Shown: positions 25,800 to 38,837 of the stretch, piece by piece
Position numbering within the stretch: the first letter of the stretch is position 1
Layout of the letters: each line of letters opens with the position of its first letter
Assembly: GCA_973895155.1 (NCBI GenBank)
Contig: OZ316893.1
Coordinates: forward strand, 3,080,390 to 3,144,389
Direction: 5' to 3'
From: Marsupella aquatica
Lineage: Eukaryota; Plantae; Marchantiophyta
DNA length: 64,000 nucleotides
Notes under the pieces: generated by a model
Told to the model about the DNA's origin: nothing
Seen by the model: the letters and a program-made list of their open reading frames with translations, nothing else
The model's database searches: none
Translations under genes and position numbers: made by a program

Positions 25800-25807
25800 T
25801 TTTATAG
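25800..25807 (-). promoter_or_regulatory. Candidate TATA box of the desaturase gene
   Basis: CTATAAAA on the minus strand about 400 bp upstream of the ATG; a plausible 5'-UTR intron lies at about 25458-25624. Confidence 0.4.
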
Positions 25808-27818
25808 AGAGGTCGAGAGAAGCTCAAACGTACAGGAGAAGACGTGGGCGGCAAAAGTATTATCTAATTGCTAACGTGTCACCATTAGGGTATTATCTAA
25901 TTGCTCCTGTTTTTTACCCCATTTTCGTTCCTTCTTGGCGTGTGTGTCAGAGTGTGGTCCTTTGCCCTATGGCTACCTCGTGCACACCATATTCGTTTTT
26001 ATCTTGGGGTGTGTGTTTAGGGTCTTTGATCTATTGCTACATCCGAGATACAATGACACACACGCCAATAGTATACCATTTTGTGTCTATTGTGTTCAAG
26101 CACATCATCATTATTGTTTTGGTTAGGAGTCATGATGGATAGAGTCTTGGTTTATGTTCCCAAAACATAAACCCAAAGTCCAATTACACAAAATTGATCA
26201 GGCCCGAAAGGGTGACAAAATGGGAGAATATTGGTTTATGTTTTGGCGAACTCAGACTGGAACGAACAGCAACATCGGGGACTAAGAGGGCAGTGTACAG
26301 GGCCCCAGGAAAGTGGGGAAGCATTAATAAATTCAATGTAGATTTAATGCGGGGTATTTATGTTTTATTTGGGTCCTCGATCCCCTGCTACATGATGTCA
26401 ATGGATTAAATTTGTCAATTGGCCACTTTAAACCACCACACCATATATTAACTTCTATAATAAATAGTTGCACCTTTTATAGCGTGGTCGTCATTTGAAC
26501 TGAAGGGCACAAAAAAATTAAAGAATCTGACCAAGAGAAGGAATAAACCAAAATTATATTATATTTAGTGTGAAATAAAGAGTGACATGTTTTCCAAACA
26601 ATAAATAAAGAGGAATGTCAGGGAATGATAATACACAATAATGAAGTATTTTATGGACCATCTACATATAATATTTTATGTACCATTTAAGTATAGTACT
26701 ATACCCATGATAATCTATGTCATAAGAAGGGCACAAAAATTAAAGAATCTGACCAAGAGAAGCAATAAACCAAAATTATATTATATTTAGTAAGTGTGAA
26801 ATAAAGAGGGGTGTGGGCGATGAAAGACGAGTGCGAGTGCTGAAGTTGGGACGACTTGCTTACGGGCGCTGACTTGTGCTCTCTCTCAAGAGCTTGGAAT
26901 CATCCACACCTGGATCGGGTGTGGGCGTTGCTTCCCGAGGGGGAAGGTTTTGATACGCAGGAGACACCGCATGCGAATGAACCCACTCTTGCTCACTCTC
27001 GACATCTCCACGCTCTGGACGGCTCGGGAGATTTTAGAAGGTTTTAGGGCGGTTTAGGGTGTAGGAGAAGGGCGACGCACTGTGTGTACACAGACACGGG
27101 CATGGTGGGTACGGGGGCAGTTTGCTCGATGGAGAATGTTTCCTCAGATACAAGCGATGGCGAAGGAGAGTCTTAACTGTTACACATTGGTGGATAAATC
27201 GGTGAGTGTTGGGTGGATCCGATTCTGTGCTCGGCTATAACCGAGAGTGGCGGAAAAGTGATGAGTGAAAGGGCCAGGATGGGCTTTGAGGAGACCGGAG
27301 CGTAAGCGGACTGATGGTAGATGGGATTGGGAGGATCAATTTTCCGTATGTGGCTGTGCTGGCTGGTTGATGTGACCAAGAATGGTCTCTTCCAGAGGGG
27401 AGGAGCTGCGGGGACTTGATGGGAGGTAATCGCTTACGGAGGTGTGAGGGAAGGCCTTTTAGCTGAAGAGGATCGAAGGAGCACAGGACAGTGGGACGTC
27501 CTCGACAATCGTGGCTTATTCATTGACGGCGTGGAGACTTTTTGATGCCACTCTCCGTTTCTCATAACCTGGGATGGAGCGGTGAGACGATTCTGTATGA
27601 AGGTTTGGCAGCGAGAGGAGAGAGAATAGGGACGAGCTGAGAGCTGTTTCAACGTCGTAACCTGCGAATAGAAGGATGGGCGGGCATACACAGCGGTGAG
27701 ATGAAGGACTGACCTTGGTGCGCCTTGGAGACGAGGAGGTGTGGAGTGGCAGCGGGACTTCGAGCCATCGTCGAATCTTCTGGTGAGTACAAGAAGACCT
27801 TGACTATTTTATTCCTAA

Positions 27819-30657
27819 TTGGATGCAAAGGCTGTAGAGTCAAGGAAGGCCACTTGTATCATGGAGGAACAGGGGATAGACTATTATGGACCCTCGAGCC
27901 GCAGGAGCACGAGGGGGGGACGCTTAGCTGGTGGACGAGTAGATCGGAGGACACAAGGGGAGCCTGCTGCAAGGCTTGAGGTGGGGGGGATACCCGGTGA
28001 AGCTGTGGGGCGATCACCTGCGCGGGGTGTTATGGTCAGTGGACCTGCTATTGGATTCTCTGCGCAAGATGCGCGCTCTGGGAGGAACGACCCAAATTTG
28101 GGGGAGACAACTGCGGCCAGATCTCAGTTGTATTACTTGAATGGGAATGAGCATCCGGTGAATGGACCTGGACCTAAGGTGCAGTCGGTGAGTGGAATGG
28201 AATTGCCTCAGAACCTGCAGGAGGGGGATGGAGCAGGGGAGAAGGAAGGCGAAGCTCTGCACTGGGGGCATGGAACAATTGGAAGAGGGGCGAATGAGGT
28301 TAACCAGGATGCAATGGTGGGGAGTGAGGCCCTGGGCCCCCAGCATTATTAATAATGGGTTGGACGTGCGAACGGATGAAGGGTGCAAAAAATCTGATTT
28401 GAGATTAATTTTTATAATTGGCTTAGAAATATCAAGGGATGGTTTTATTCAAAGAACCCTTTCTAACTAATATAGGCTTATATAAATGTTGCCCAAGTTA
28501 ATATGCTTCAAGAGGTGATGTAATATGGATGTGACACGCGTCACAATAGGATTGGTCCTTGTGGCCACCCTTTATTGGAACATGTGTATATGACATATAA
28601 TTATGCTTGCAATATCTATGATTCAGAGTAGTTTAGGACTTTGGAGCTTTTGAACCCTGACTACCCTGCCGTGTGGTTCAAAAATGCCCCAAAGTTGAAG
28701 TTTGGGGTTAAAGGGTCACGAACACAAAAATGTATGTACCCAAAACCCTTCCAAAACACTCCCGTCAGTTTTAGAACCGTGTGCAAATGATGAATTTATA
28801 ACTTTTCAAGGCTTTCATAAATGGTGTAAAATGTGAAATTATAATATCTCAAAGGGGCAGATTTATTCTCCAAAATTAAGTTTTTAAGAATAACAAGAGA
28901 AATTTTTATAGGCTTCCAAAAATAATAAGGGGTACTAAGGAGGGGGGTGTACGCACGTATACCTCTTTAGTTTACAAAGGCTGGGGGCCCAGGGGAGTGA
29001 GGTGCCACAAGAAAATGTGGAGATGCAGGACGCGCCCGTGGAGGATGACGAATCTGAAGAGTGTATCAAGATCCTGCGCGAGATTGCGATCAGGTCCAAA
29101 GGTGATCTTGACAAGAGACTCTTTGCAGAAGTGGAATGGAACCTACCGGAAGCAGCTCGTAATGTGAGACAACTATATAATTGCGCTCTCATATGCTACT
29201 TCACGGGAAGAACGCCGCTCCTCAATGATTTTAGAGCATGGGTAGATGAAGTGATGACAAACCAGGAGGGATGGCCGGTACTTCAGGTTAAATTCGTAGG
29301 GAAGAACTTTTACATGATAGTGTTTGAGGATCCTAATCACAGGGATCTGGCACTCAACTACGCACCATGGTTTATGGAGAGACGATTTATATACACGTTC
29401 CCATGGGATCCATCCTTTGATGTTAAATGTGAGAACTTCACGAAGCTCCCAGTGTGGATTGAGATACCGTTTAGGGACCTTGCACTAGAGGGCTGCAGAA
29501 GAAAGATTGCGTGCTCTCTAGGGACTCTGCTGTACTACATTCAGGGGAACGAATTCAGTTCGTATCCCCACGATCGGGCTTGCATCCTTTGGGACACGGA
29601 CAGGGAAGTCCCTGCCAGTGTGAAGATTCGAATTCGTGATGACATTATTATCTGGCAACCGGTGACATTTAAAAATATCCCCTATCATTGCTTTCAATGC
29701 AACCAAAGAGGTCACCTGGCCCGTGAATGTAAAGTAATCTTGGAGACTGCCGGTGCTCTACGGACGGGAGCGGACCCGCCGGACGAGAAAGATGACGAGA
29801 GACACTCTGAGGCTGATCAGGAGGAGGTGTTGAGGGCTAAAGAAAATGCTGAAGCACGTGCTATTTTTCGGGGAGCCATGGTGCCTCCTGTGCTGGAGGT
29901 ACCCTTTTCAGTGGAGGAGGATATCGCTCAAGTGGAGTTGCTAATTGTTAGTCCGGTTCCTGGGGAGATGGCAGGGCGGGACTCGGGGCCGCTGCTACGG
30001 GAGAACCCGGATTTGCGGGTGGCGGCTTTCTCTTCGGGAACCAGGGAGAGAAGTGCTGATTTTCTCCTGACGCCTGGGCGGGCTGGTTGCATGGAGGACT
30101 CACAAGACACAGAGGCTGCCAGGATTCCACTACTGGCTGTCGTTGTCACGTCAATTGGGCGATGGACTACTCAGAGAAATTCAGTGGAACAAGGAATTGA
30201 AGCCCTTACTACTCCCAATTCGCGTGATGGAAATGATGAGACCTTCTCCTTTCACGAAGAATCTGATGCGGAGATGTCTGAATATGAAGCTTATATTTCA
30301 CACAGCAAATTCAAAGCTAGAGCCCGCAAGCAAGAACTTCGCACACCGCCCTCTGAAAGGACTGAGAAGGCCAAAGGTGAGGCTAAGAAGCAAAGATCAA
30401 TTAGATTCTCACGTGGTGCCATGTCTGATGCAGGAAGTGCGGACGGGATTACAATGCACAAGCGACTGCTGCTCACCATTCCTAGAGGGAGCGATTGTGA
30501 TGTGAGGGTCCAGGGGAATGCTCCTTTTGGCGGTGGAGTGGCGCATATAGCATCCCCCATGCGTGTCTCTCCTGCTGGCTCTATTAATGGATATTTGAGT
30601 GGACCTATGGGTCGAGATGTGACGGGGATGTCTCCCGGGGGACGGAATAGACTATGA
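27819..30657 (+). pseudogene. LINE ORF1 (DUF4283-like region plus CCHC zinc knuckle), interrupted by a MITE
   Basis: APWFM..R, LPVWIEIP and CFQCNQRGHLAREC; removing 28330-29002 restores the frame ...MVGSE-VPQEN...; true start codon uncertain. Confidence 0.85.
28330..28994. mobile_element. 665-bp MITE of the CCCTGGGCCC family
   Basis: TIRs CCCTGGGCCCCCAG / CTGGGGGCCCAGGG; perfect 8-bp TSD GAGTGAGG at 28322-28329 and 28995-29002. Confidence 0.95.
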
Positions 30658-30711
30658 GACGCAAGGATGGGGGGTGGCTGTGCCAGGATATAATTTTGGC
30701 ATAGTAGGAGG

Positions 30712-33700
30712 ATGGATGGAAGGCTCAGGGTGGCATCCTGGAACGTTTGTGGACTTTGTGAGCCTAACCGTAAGCATATTGTTAAGAATTGGGTAAGATC
30801 GCTGAAGGTACCGCTGGGGATTCTGGCCCTTCAAGAAGTGAAAGTTGATCAATTTAGACTTGATATGGCTCTGCGGGCTATTCTCCCATCATATCAGCAC
30901 TTTTCTTCTAAGCCGGAGGAGGGAAAGGGAGGAACGGCACTACTGGTACACCCTGAGCTGAGGGTGGTGGGCTCGGGAACACTGGATATGGGAAGGGCGG
31001 TATGGGCTGTGATCGAGAAGGGAGCGGTGACCTTCGGAGTTGCGTGTATATATGCTCCCAATTCAGCTAGACTAAGAGCTCTGCTATGGAATGATCTAAA
31101 GGTGATGCTACCACACAATGACTGGGTGCTGTGTGGTGACTTCAATATGACGGAACGCAGAACGGACTCGACTGGTACATCACCGCTGATCCGCGGTAGA
31201 GAGGCTGAGTTTTGGAGATTCTTGAAGATGAGATTTAATTTGACAGACACGTGGGACATTAGGGGAGGAGCTGCTGGCCCGCGCTTCACGTGGAGAAGGA
31301 ATCGGAATGGAGAGATGTCACAGTCTCGACTTGACAGGATTTATGTTAGTGAAAGGGGAGAATGGCTTTGTGAGGTGGAACTCCTGCATGACGGGGGCTC
31401 AGCCCTTTCGGATCATGATCCTGTTATGTTGAATGTGCAGCTCTCTGGACTGATAGAGACGGTGGAGAGAGGCAAAGTGAGTCTCTTCATGGCCAACCCG
31501 GCGTTTCTGCGGAGAAGGGAGGACATTCTGCGGCTGGAGGCTGCTTGGAGGGTGGGACGAGGAGATTTTGTGGACCCGCGGCTGCGCTTTGCTAAGGGCA
31601 GCTGGAAAATGCGTCAAACATTGAAGGAAATTCAAGCCCAACCAAGGACAACTGAGATGGAGATGGCAGCTCAGCAAGCTCAGTTGCGAGTTCTTAAGAT
31701 GGCCATTATAGAACACCATTCAGAGGGAGACATTGCAGAGTTCATGGACGCGGAAGACACTCTACATGCTTCAGAGTTGGAGGAAGCACACAGAGGACGA
31801 CGGCTAGCCAGAATTAAGTGGTTAAGTGAAGGAGACGAGTCAACAAAGTTTTTCTTTGCTACAGTGAGGGCTAAGCGATCTCGTGAGTCCATGCCTTCCC
31901 TGAATAGGGAGGACGGGAGTACAGTAGCTGACCCTGGAGAAATCCTGAAGGAGGTAGAAAGGTTCTGCCAAACATTATACTCGCCTGAGCCGCGATTGGA
32001 AGCGGAGTTGGAAGAGGTTCGTGTGGCCAGAGACAGACTGCTTGGCAACACGAGGTTTGCACTCTCTGGAGCGGAGAATTTGAGGATGGAGAGACTCCCG
32101 TCATACCAGGAGGTGAAGGAGGTGCTGTGGCTCCTGCCTTGTGACAAAACGCCGGGACCGGATGGCATGACAGCTGAGGTCTACAGAGCATGCTGGGAGT
32201 TTCTCGGGCAAGATCTGGTGGATATGATACAGGAGTTCTGGCTTACGGGGGCTTTGGACGTTGGAATCTGTGAAGGAATTGTGAAGTTCATACCCAAGAA
32301 ACCTGATAAACGGTTTTTAAGGGACTGGCGCCCTTTGACAATGTTAAATACTATATACAAGCTCATTGCCAAGATCCTCGCTATACGACTCAAACCGATT
32401 CTACACATGATTATTAGCCCGCAACAGACTGGATTTATACCTGGAAGACACATTCTTGAAAATATTTCCTTAGCCTGGCTTACATGTGACTGGGTGCACA
32501 ACAAGAGGAGAGAGGCATTGTTCCTAAAACTGGATTTCGAGAAGGCCTTTGACCGTGTTTCACATGACTACTTATGGGAATGCATGCACCTACTGGGCAT
32601 CAGCGGACGCTTCACTATGCTGGTCAGGGCCCTGCTAGCACAGGCATCTTCCAGGGCCTTGGTGAACGGATTACTATCAAACACATTTGAGCTTAAACGA
32701 GGGGTAAGACAGGGCTGTCCACTGTCACCATTGTTGTTTGTCATCTCCACGCAACCTCTTATGGACTTTCTCGATACTGAGATGGCGGAGGGCCAACTTT
32801 GTGGGCTGCAGATCACCCCTGGATTCACTATCTGCTATAGACTGTTTGCGGATGATGTTGGGATGTTTATCCCGGCCACAGAGCGTGCCTTTGAGGAAGC
32901 AACCACTGCTCTAGAATGCTATGAGATGGCTAGTGGGGCGCGACTGAATCTGAAGAAATCCGTTGTGATCCCATTGGCATTGGAAAGGATCCCAGAGTGG
33001 CTGAACAACACAGGCTGCCTTATCAGCCGAAGAGGCGAGATACAGAAATACCTGGGGGCACCTTTTGGGGAGAGTTTGAGCACGGAACAACTGCACAAAT
33101 TCTGTTTGGATAAGATTTGTGCCAGACTTTCTGTTTGGTCCAACAAACTTCTTTCTTTTACTGGCTGTTCACTACTGGTCAAACAGGTACTACTTGCTAT
33201 CCCGATCTACCATGTAATGTATTGCAAGGCATCTGTAGGCCTGGCGAAGAAGATGATTGCTCTGAGCAGGGAATTTTTATGGGGATATAATGCCACTGGA
33301 GGACGGAAGGTCCCCCTGGTGGCCTGGGATCGGATGGCTTTGCCACGTGTGGAAGGGGGGCTGGGATTCCGGGACTTCCGCAGTCACTCTGATGCATTAC
33401 TCTCTCAATGGTTCACTAAGGCACTTAACGCGCCTGAGACGGAATGGTCTAGGATGTTGGCAGCCAACCTGAAATTGATGGGGTGGACGAACTACAAAAT
33501 TATTAGGCAAAATGGATACTCCTTCCAGGACCGGCTGCTACTGTGCACACCTCGTTCATTTAGTGGGCTCCCCTACACGACAGGTCTCTGGAGAAGCTGG
33601 GAGCTAGTGAGAGCCCACTTATTCTTCGATCCTGGACGAACGGGGCCGCCTTCCCGGTGGAGCATCATGGATACCCTCAGGTGTATGGTGGGCTTCAATT

Positions 33701-34632
33701 CCCTTCCGAATAAAGCCCTCATAGAGATTGCTGCGATTTGTGGCAGGCTGGGATTGAGGTCTATTGGTGATAGATGGTCGACGGAGGATGGATGTTGGAA
33801 GGACCTACCGCTACGATGGCACAATATGCGTGGCTTTTCTGATGAGCATCGAACGATGGCTCGTTCGTTCTTGGAGTGCCTTTGGCGGGCAGACAATTGC
33901 CGATCTGAATACTACTTGTATGCCAAGCAGTGGAGATGGACAGACAGACCGGAGCCGCTGAAGGACTTCAGAATCGAGAATTGTAGAGTGTATGATTTCT
34001 TAAGGCCTAAGACTGCATCCCATGACCGCCTCAATCGGATCTGGTCACTGTTCTGGCCTGAGATGCGCTGGAATATGTGTTGGGCTAAGCTTTGGGGGTC
34101 TGATCTTCCGATTAGAGGCAAGACCTTTGTGTGGAGGATTATTGTAGGGGGCCTTTTCACTGGGGCACGTGCGCTCAGAATGGAGGTGAGTAATGGAGAT
34201 TGCAAGCTTTGCAAAGGATGGCTGGAGACGATCCCCCACGTGTTCTTCCACTGTACACATGCGGTCCGTTGCTGGCTACTCTATCAGGATTCGTTGCAGA
34301 TTCTGAGCTTGCCAATGGGACGAGGTCTGATGGCTCTTTTAGAGGCGGCCTGCGGGAAGGAGCCTGTGCAAGTGGCCCGGATCTTCGTCTTGCACCATAT
34401 TCTGTGGCGACTCTGGACGGGAAGGAACACTCACATGTTTCAGGTGGGGGGGAGACGGGTGTTTGACTTGGGACTTGTCCTGAATGAGGCAGCGGAGAAC
34501 GCTTTTGCTGTTAGTCGGCGCTGCCCCCCGGGCAGGAAGTGCACCCGCCTGATTCGGGCAAAGGCATGGATGGATGACCTGCGTAGGGTTTGGGTAGGCA
34601 GTGGCAGCATTGCTGTCAATTCTTTTGCTTGA
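30712..34632 (+). CDS. LINE ORF2: APE endonuclease, reverse transcriptase, zf-RVT (1306 aa, uninterrupted)
   Basis: SWNVCGL, LQEVK, GDFN, SRLDR, SDHDP; KTPGPDG, WRPLTMLN, LDFEKAFD, RQGCPLSP, LFADD; CKLC...ETIPHVFFHC. Confidence 0.97.
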   Translation: MDGRLRVASWNVCGLCEPNRKHIVKNWVRSLKVPLGILALQEVKVDQFRLDMALRAILPSYQHFSSKPEEGKGGTALLVHPELRVVGSGTLDMGRAVWAVIEKGAVTFGVACIYAPNSARLRALLWNDLKVMLPHNDWVLCGDFNMTERRTDSTGTSPLIRGREAEFWRFLKMRFNLTDTWDIRGGAAGPRFTWRRNRNGEMSQSRLDRIYVSERGEWLCEVELLHDGGSALSDHDPVMLNVQLSGLIETVERGKVSLFMANPAFLRRREDILRLEAAWRVGRGDFVDPRLRFAKGSWKMRQTLKEIQAQPRTTEMEMAAQQAQLRVLKMAIIEHHSEGDIAEFMDAEDTLHASELEEAHRGRRLARIKWLSEGDESTKFFFATVRAKRSRESMPSLNREDGSTVADPGEILKEVERFCQTLYSPEPRLEAELEEVRVARDRLLGNTRFALSGAENLRMERLPSYQEVKEVLWLLPCDKTPGPDGMTAEVYRACWEFLGQDLVDMIQEFWLTGALDVGICEGIVKFIPKKPDKRFLRDWRPLTMLNTIYKLIAKILAIRLKPILHMIISPQQTGFIPGRHILENISLAWLTCDWVHNKRREALFLKLDFEKAFDRVSHDYLWECMHLLGISGRFTMLVRALLAQASSRALVNGLLSNTFELKRGVRQGCPLSPLLFVISTQPLMDFLDTEMAEGQLCGLQITPGFTICYRLFADDVGMFIPATERAFEEATTALECYEMASGARLNLKKSVVIPLALERIPEWLNNTGCLISRRGEIQKYLGAPFGESLSTEQLHKFCLDKICARLSVWSNKLLSFTGCSLLVKQVLLAIPIYHVMYCKASVGLAKKMIALSREFLWGYNATGGRKVPLVAWDRMALPRVEGGLGFRDFRSHSDALLSQWFTKALNAPETEWSRMLAANLKLMGWTNYKIIRQNGYSFQDRLLLCTPRSFSGLPYTTGLWRSWELVRAHLFFDPGRTGPPSRWSIMDTLRCMVGFNSLPNKALIEIAAICGRLGLRSIGDRWSTEDGCWKDLPLRWHNMRGFSDEHRTMARSFLECLWRADNCRSEYYLYAKQWRWTDRPEPLKDFRIENCRVYDFLRPKTASHDRLNRIWSLFWPEMRWNMCWAKLWGSDLPIRGKTFVWRIIVGGLFTGARALRMEVSNGDCKLCKGWLETIPHVFFHCTHAVRCWLLYQDSLQILSLPMGRGLMALLEAACGKEPVQVARIFVLHHILWRLWTGRNTHMFQVGGRRVFDLGLVLNEAAENAFAVSRRCPPGRKCTRLIRAKAWMDDLRRVWVGSGSIAVNSFA

Positions 34633-35399
34633 GGGGGACCGTGGCTTCCTGGATGATCTGACTGTTGGATGCCCTCTTATGTTGGGCTTGGGCTTGTGTT
34701 GGTGATTGATTTTCCCTTTTCCACTGTTTGGTGGTCGGGGGGCTGTGGGATATGCGCTGGTGATGTGTGCCTGTGCGCTGTGTGTTTGGCTTTGTTTTAT
34801 GTCGCTTGGTCTGGCCTTCTGGTCTGTCTGTTTGCCCTCCCCGTGGGGCTTTTCGCGGGGGAACCAAAAATTATAAAAATGTTCCCATTCCGAAGTGTGA
34901 AATAAAGAGTGACACGTTTTCCAAACAATAAATAAAGGGGAATGTTAGGGAATGATAATACACAATAATCAAGTATTTTATAGATCATCTATATATAATA
35001 TTTTATGTACCATCTAAGTATAGTACTATACCCCATGATAATCTATGTCATAAGAAGAGTTTAATTGATTACAAATATTACATAGTGTAATAGAAAACAT
35101 CAAACCATAAAATAGTACAAAAGCGGTAAAAGAGGGGGGGTGGAGTCCGGGAGGTTTACAAGGAATAAAAAAAGAAAGAAAAATACAAAGACAAAAATAA
35201 TTCTTAGCCGGTGATACTTTGTGGTTGTTCTCACTCATTTTTTGCCCCATGACATCTTTTAGTAGATAACATTTTTTGGACAATGAGATCTTTTTAACCC
35301 AAAAATCTTTTACTCAATTATATATTTTGGGTCATGATATGTTTCTTACTAACATCTTTAGTATAATGGCATTCATTATGCTTTGACATCTTTTGCCAA

Positions 35400-36502
35400 T
35401 TTTATATATATATTGACCCAAAATATATATCTTATAACTTAGACATCTTTTGGGCAATGATATTTTTTACTTAATGACATCTTTTGAGCAAGAGCATATA
35501 ATTTATTGACATTTTTTGTACATCTTTTCCTTAACGATATTTAATGCTACTACATGTTTTACTTCACAACATCTATGACTAATGACATTTTTTTACTTGA
35601 CCGACAGATTTGGAGTCATGGCATAGTTTTACTTGACGACATCTTTGACATTATAACAACATCTTTTTACTTGACCAGACCAATCTTGGACATAACCACA
35701 TTATTGGCATCACTACCTCGATCACAACAACTTTTTACTTGACAACATCTTTAACTTGATGACATATGTTTTACTTCACAACAACTTTGGCAACACAATT
35801 TCTTTTTACTTGACAATATATTTGACATAACAACATCTTTGGCGCCCCGACATCTATTTACTTGGCAATATCTTTCACGTGACGACATCATTTTACTTGA
35901 CGGTATCTTTTTACTCCATGACATCGTTGGAGACATGACTTCTTTTTTTCTGAACAACATCTTTTTACTCCACTGCTTTTTTTTAACGCCATTTTTTACT
36001 TTGCGTCATCTTTGGGGGACACAAAATCTTTTTACTTCACAACATCTTTGGCAACTCAACTTTGTTTTACGATATCTTTTTACTTCATGACCTCTTTTAC
36101 ATAACAACGTCTTTGGCGACACAATTTCTTTTTTCTTAACGACATCTTTTGTGCAACGCACGGGTTTTCTTCACAACATCTTGGGCAACACTACATTTTT
36201 TCTTAAGAACACCTTGGGCGACACAATATCTTTTTTCTCAATGATGTCTTGGGCAGCATGATATCTTTTTTTCATCGACATCTTGGCCAACACAACATCT
36301 TTTTCCTCAAGGACATCTTGGCCGACACAACATCATTTTTCTTAACACCCTCTTGGCCAACACAACATCTTTTTCTCAACGACCTCTTGGCCGACACAAC
36401 ATCTTTTTTCTCAATGACCTCTTGGCCGACACGACATCTTTTTTCTCAACCAAATTTTGGCCGACACGGCATCTTTTGTGCAACGCACGGGTATTGAGCT
36501 AG
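35400..36502 (+). repeat. ~33-bp minisatellite array ending in a Helitron-type 3' terminus
   Basis: Unit like cttggccgacacgacatcttttttctcaatgac; hairpin GTGCAACGCAC at 36478-36488, then CTAG at 36499-36502 followed by T. Confidence 0.75.
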
Positions 36503-37939
36503 TACTGTATATAACAAATTGTGGAGAGAAACTAGAGTGGGGTGTAGGTTAATTTCTAGATTGAAGCCCGGGTTGAAGCCTTTAGGGGGTGACTCTAGGG
36601 TTCCACAAAATTTTATGTGAAGGATAAGATAAATGTATTTAAAATTGATTATCTGCATGGTGATTTTAACTTCATTCTATTAATTAACATTCAAAGAATT
36701 ATGGGCATTCATGCTCCTAATATATATGGGGGGTGCATGTCCAAGACCTCCCTTTTCCACATTCCACTCACTTTTCTCCTCTATATACCAAGCCAATTTG
36801 TTTCACAACTGCAGGCAAATCCTAAACTATCATACACAATTGCGCCACTTTTTAGAGTGGTTGTCATTCAAATTTGCACCTAAGTTGCACCATTGTCCAA
36901 GACAAGCCAGAATAATCACACAAGACACCAACAAAAAATGAAAGACTTTAACACAATGCACGAGGATCAAGGAGGATACTCCCTCCACCCGTCCCTCCAT
37001 GATCCATGCAAGTAAATATTGTACATACTCACATGCAAGTAAGTATTGTACATGTTCAATATTGTGTGCATAATTTTGTATAATACTGGTAAGAGGACTT
37101 TAAATAATTGTTGATAATATTTTAGTCACTAGATCAATAGAAAATTGTTCTCCCCATATTTGTGGTGACTTTTACAGTCAATTGCAGTGTCATTTTCAAT
37201 GTCAAAATACAAAAGTAATAAGGCCCAAAGACATAGTGAAGTGCATGGCACGGGCGTTGATGGCAAGGTGTCGGGCGAGGGGCACACTTGCAATGTAGGG
37301 CAGCCCCTCAAAGGGCTCTAGTCTCGCATGGGTGGGGACAGTGGGGGGGAGCGAGTGGAGTGAAGGTGAATGAGAAAAAGAGAAGACCAAAAATAGGAAA
37401 AGGGGGAAAAGGGGGAGGGGAGGTTAAGGTTTAAAAGGAACATAAGAGAAAAAGGGAGAAATAGGAAAAAACCACCTCTCATTTTGTTATACTTTTGTGG
37501 TTGTCATAGCCAGTCTTTTGTACAATGACATCTGTTATTCAATATTTTTTTGTGCAAGGAGAAAAAATTAAAAAAGGGAACGTTTGTGGCTGCGGTAGTC
37601 AGTATTTTGCACAATGATATCTTTCACTCAACAAAAGTTTTTATGCAATAATGTATTTTAACAATTATTATTTTTATTCAACGATATCTTTTGCAGCACG
37701 ATCTATTTCTCAACCACATCTTTAACCAAACAACATCTTTTGTGCAACGCACGGGGATTGAAAGGATACCTACAGAATGGTCATCTTTGCTAAACCCTAA
37801 ACCCTAAAACACTAAATAAATCATGAATCCGATAATATAACGTTGCACCAATTTATAGAGTGGTCGCCATTCAAATGCAGGGGCATTTTGGGTAAAAAAA
37901 CAAAACAAAGAAAAAGACTCGCTCGGACTTCTTTCCTTG

Positions 37940-38837
37940 ATTTTTTACTTCATAACATCTTTCACATAACGACAGCTTGGGTGAAACGACACCAATGATT
38001 TTTCTTATAACATCTTTTACTTCACAATATCTTTGGCAAAATGACACCTATTTCTTAACAACATCTTTCACATAATGGCATCTTTGGCAAAATGACTCCC
38101 TTTTTCTTCTAGACATCTTTTTACTTTGTGACATCTTTCACATGTAACAACATCTTGGGCGACACGACATCTTTTTTCTTAACAACATCTTTTGTGCAAA
38201 GCACGGGTATCCTGAACAATGTCTTTGCCAACACAACATCTTTTTTTTAACAACATCTTGGCTGACAGGACAATTTTTTTCTTAATGACATCTTTTTTCT
38301 CAACAATTTCTTGGCCGACACGACATCTTTTTTTCTCAACGACTTCTTTTCTCTCAATGACCTTTTGGGCGACACGACATCTTTTCTCTCCATGACCTCT
38401 TGGCCGACACGACATCTTTTCTTTCAACAACCTCTTGGCCGACACGACATCTTTTTTTCTCAATGACATCTTGGCCAACACAACTTCTTTACTCTCAATG
38501 ACCTCTTGGGCGACACGACATCTTTTCTCTCCACATCCTCTTGGCCGACACAACATCTTTTCTTTCAACAACCTCTTGGCCGACACGACATCTTTTTTTC
38601 TCAATGACATCTTGGCCAACACAACTTCTTTACTCTCAATGACCTCTTGGGCGACACGACATCTTTTCTCTCCACATCCTCTTGGCCGACACAACATCTT
38701 TTCTCTCCACAACCTCTTGGTTGACACAACATCTTTTCTCTCCACAACCTCTTGGGCAACACGACATCTTTTCTCTCCACAACCTCTTGGCTGACACGAC
38801 ATCATTTTTTCTCAATGACATCTTGGGCGACAGGACT
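37940..38837 (+). repeat. Second array of the same ~33-bp minisatellite, cut by the 17.8 kb transposon
   Basis: Same unit; the array resumes at 56684 after the insertion. Confidence 0.85.

Larger units (their letters stand above)
26809..34892 (+). mobile_element. Full-length L1-clade LINE
   Basis: 17-bp TSD AAGTGTGAAATAAAGAG at 26792-26808 and 34893-34909; contains ORF1 and ORF2. Confidence 0.95.

Noticed and set aside
30894-34260. Multiple antisense ORFs within LINE ORF2
   Set aside because: Shadow frames of a GC-rich coding sequence
38179-38805. 208-aa and 119-aa ORFs
   Set aside because: They are translations of the minisatellite
35400-38837. ~33-bp repeats as a CRISPR array
   Set aside because: Units are head-to-tail without unique spacers, no cas genes are present, and the context is eukaryotic
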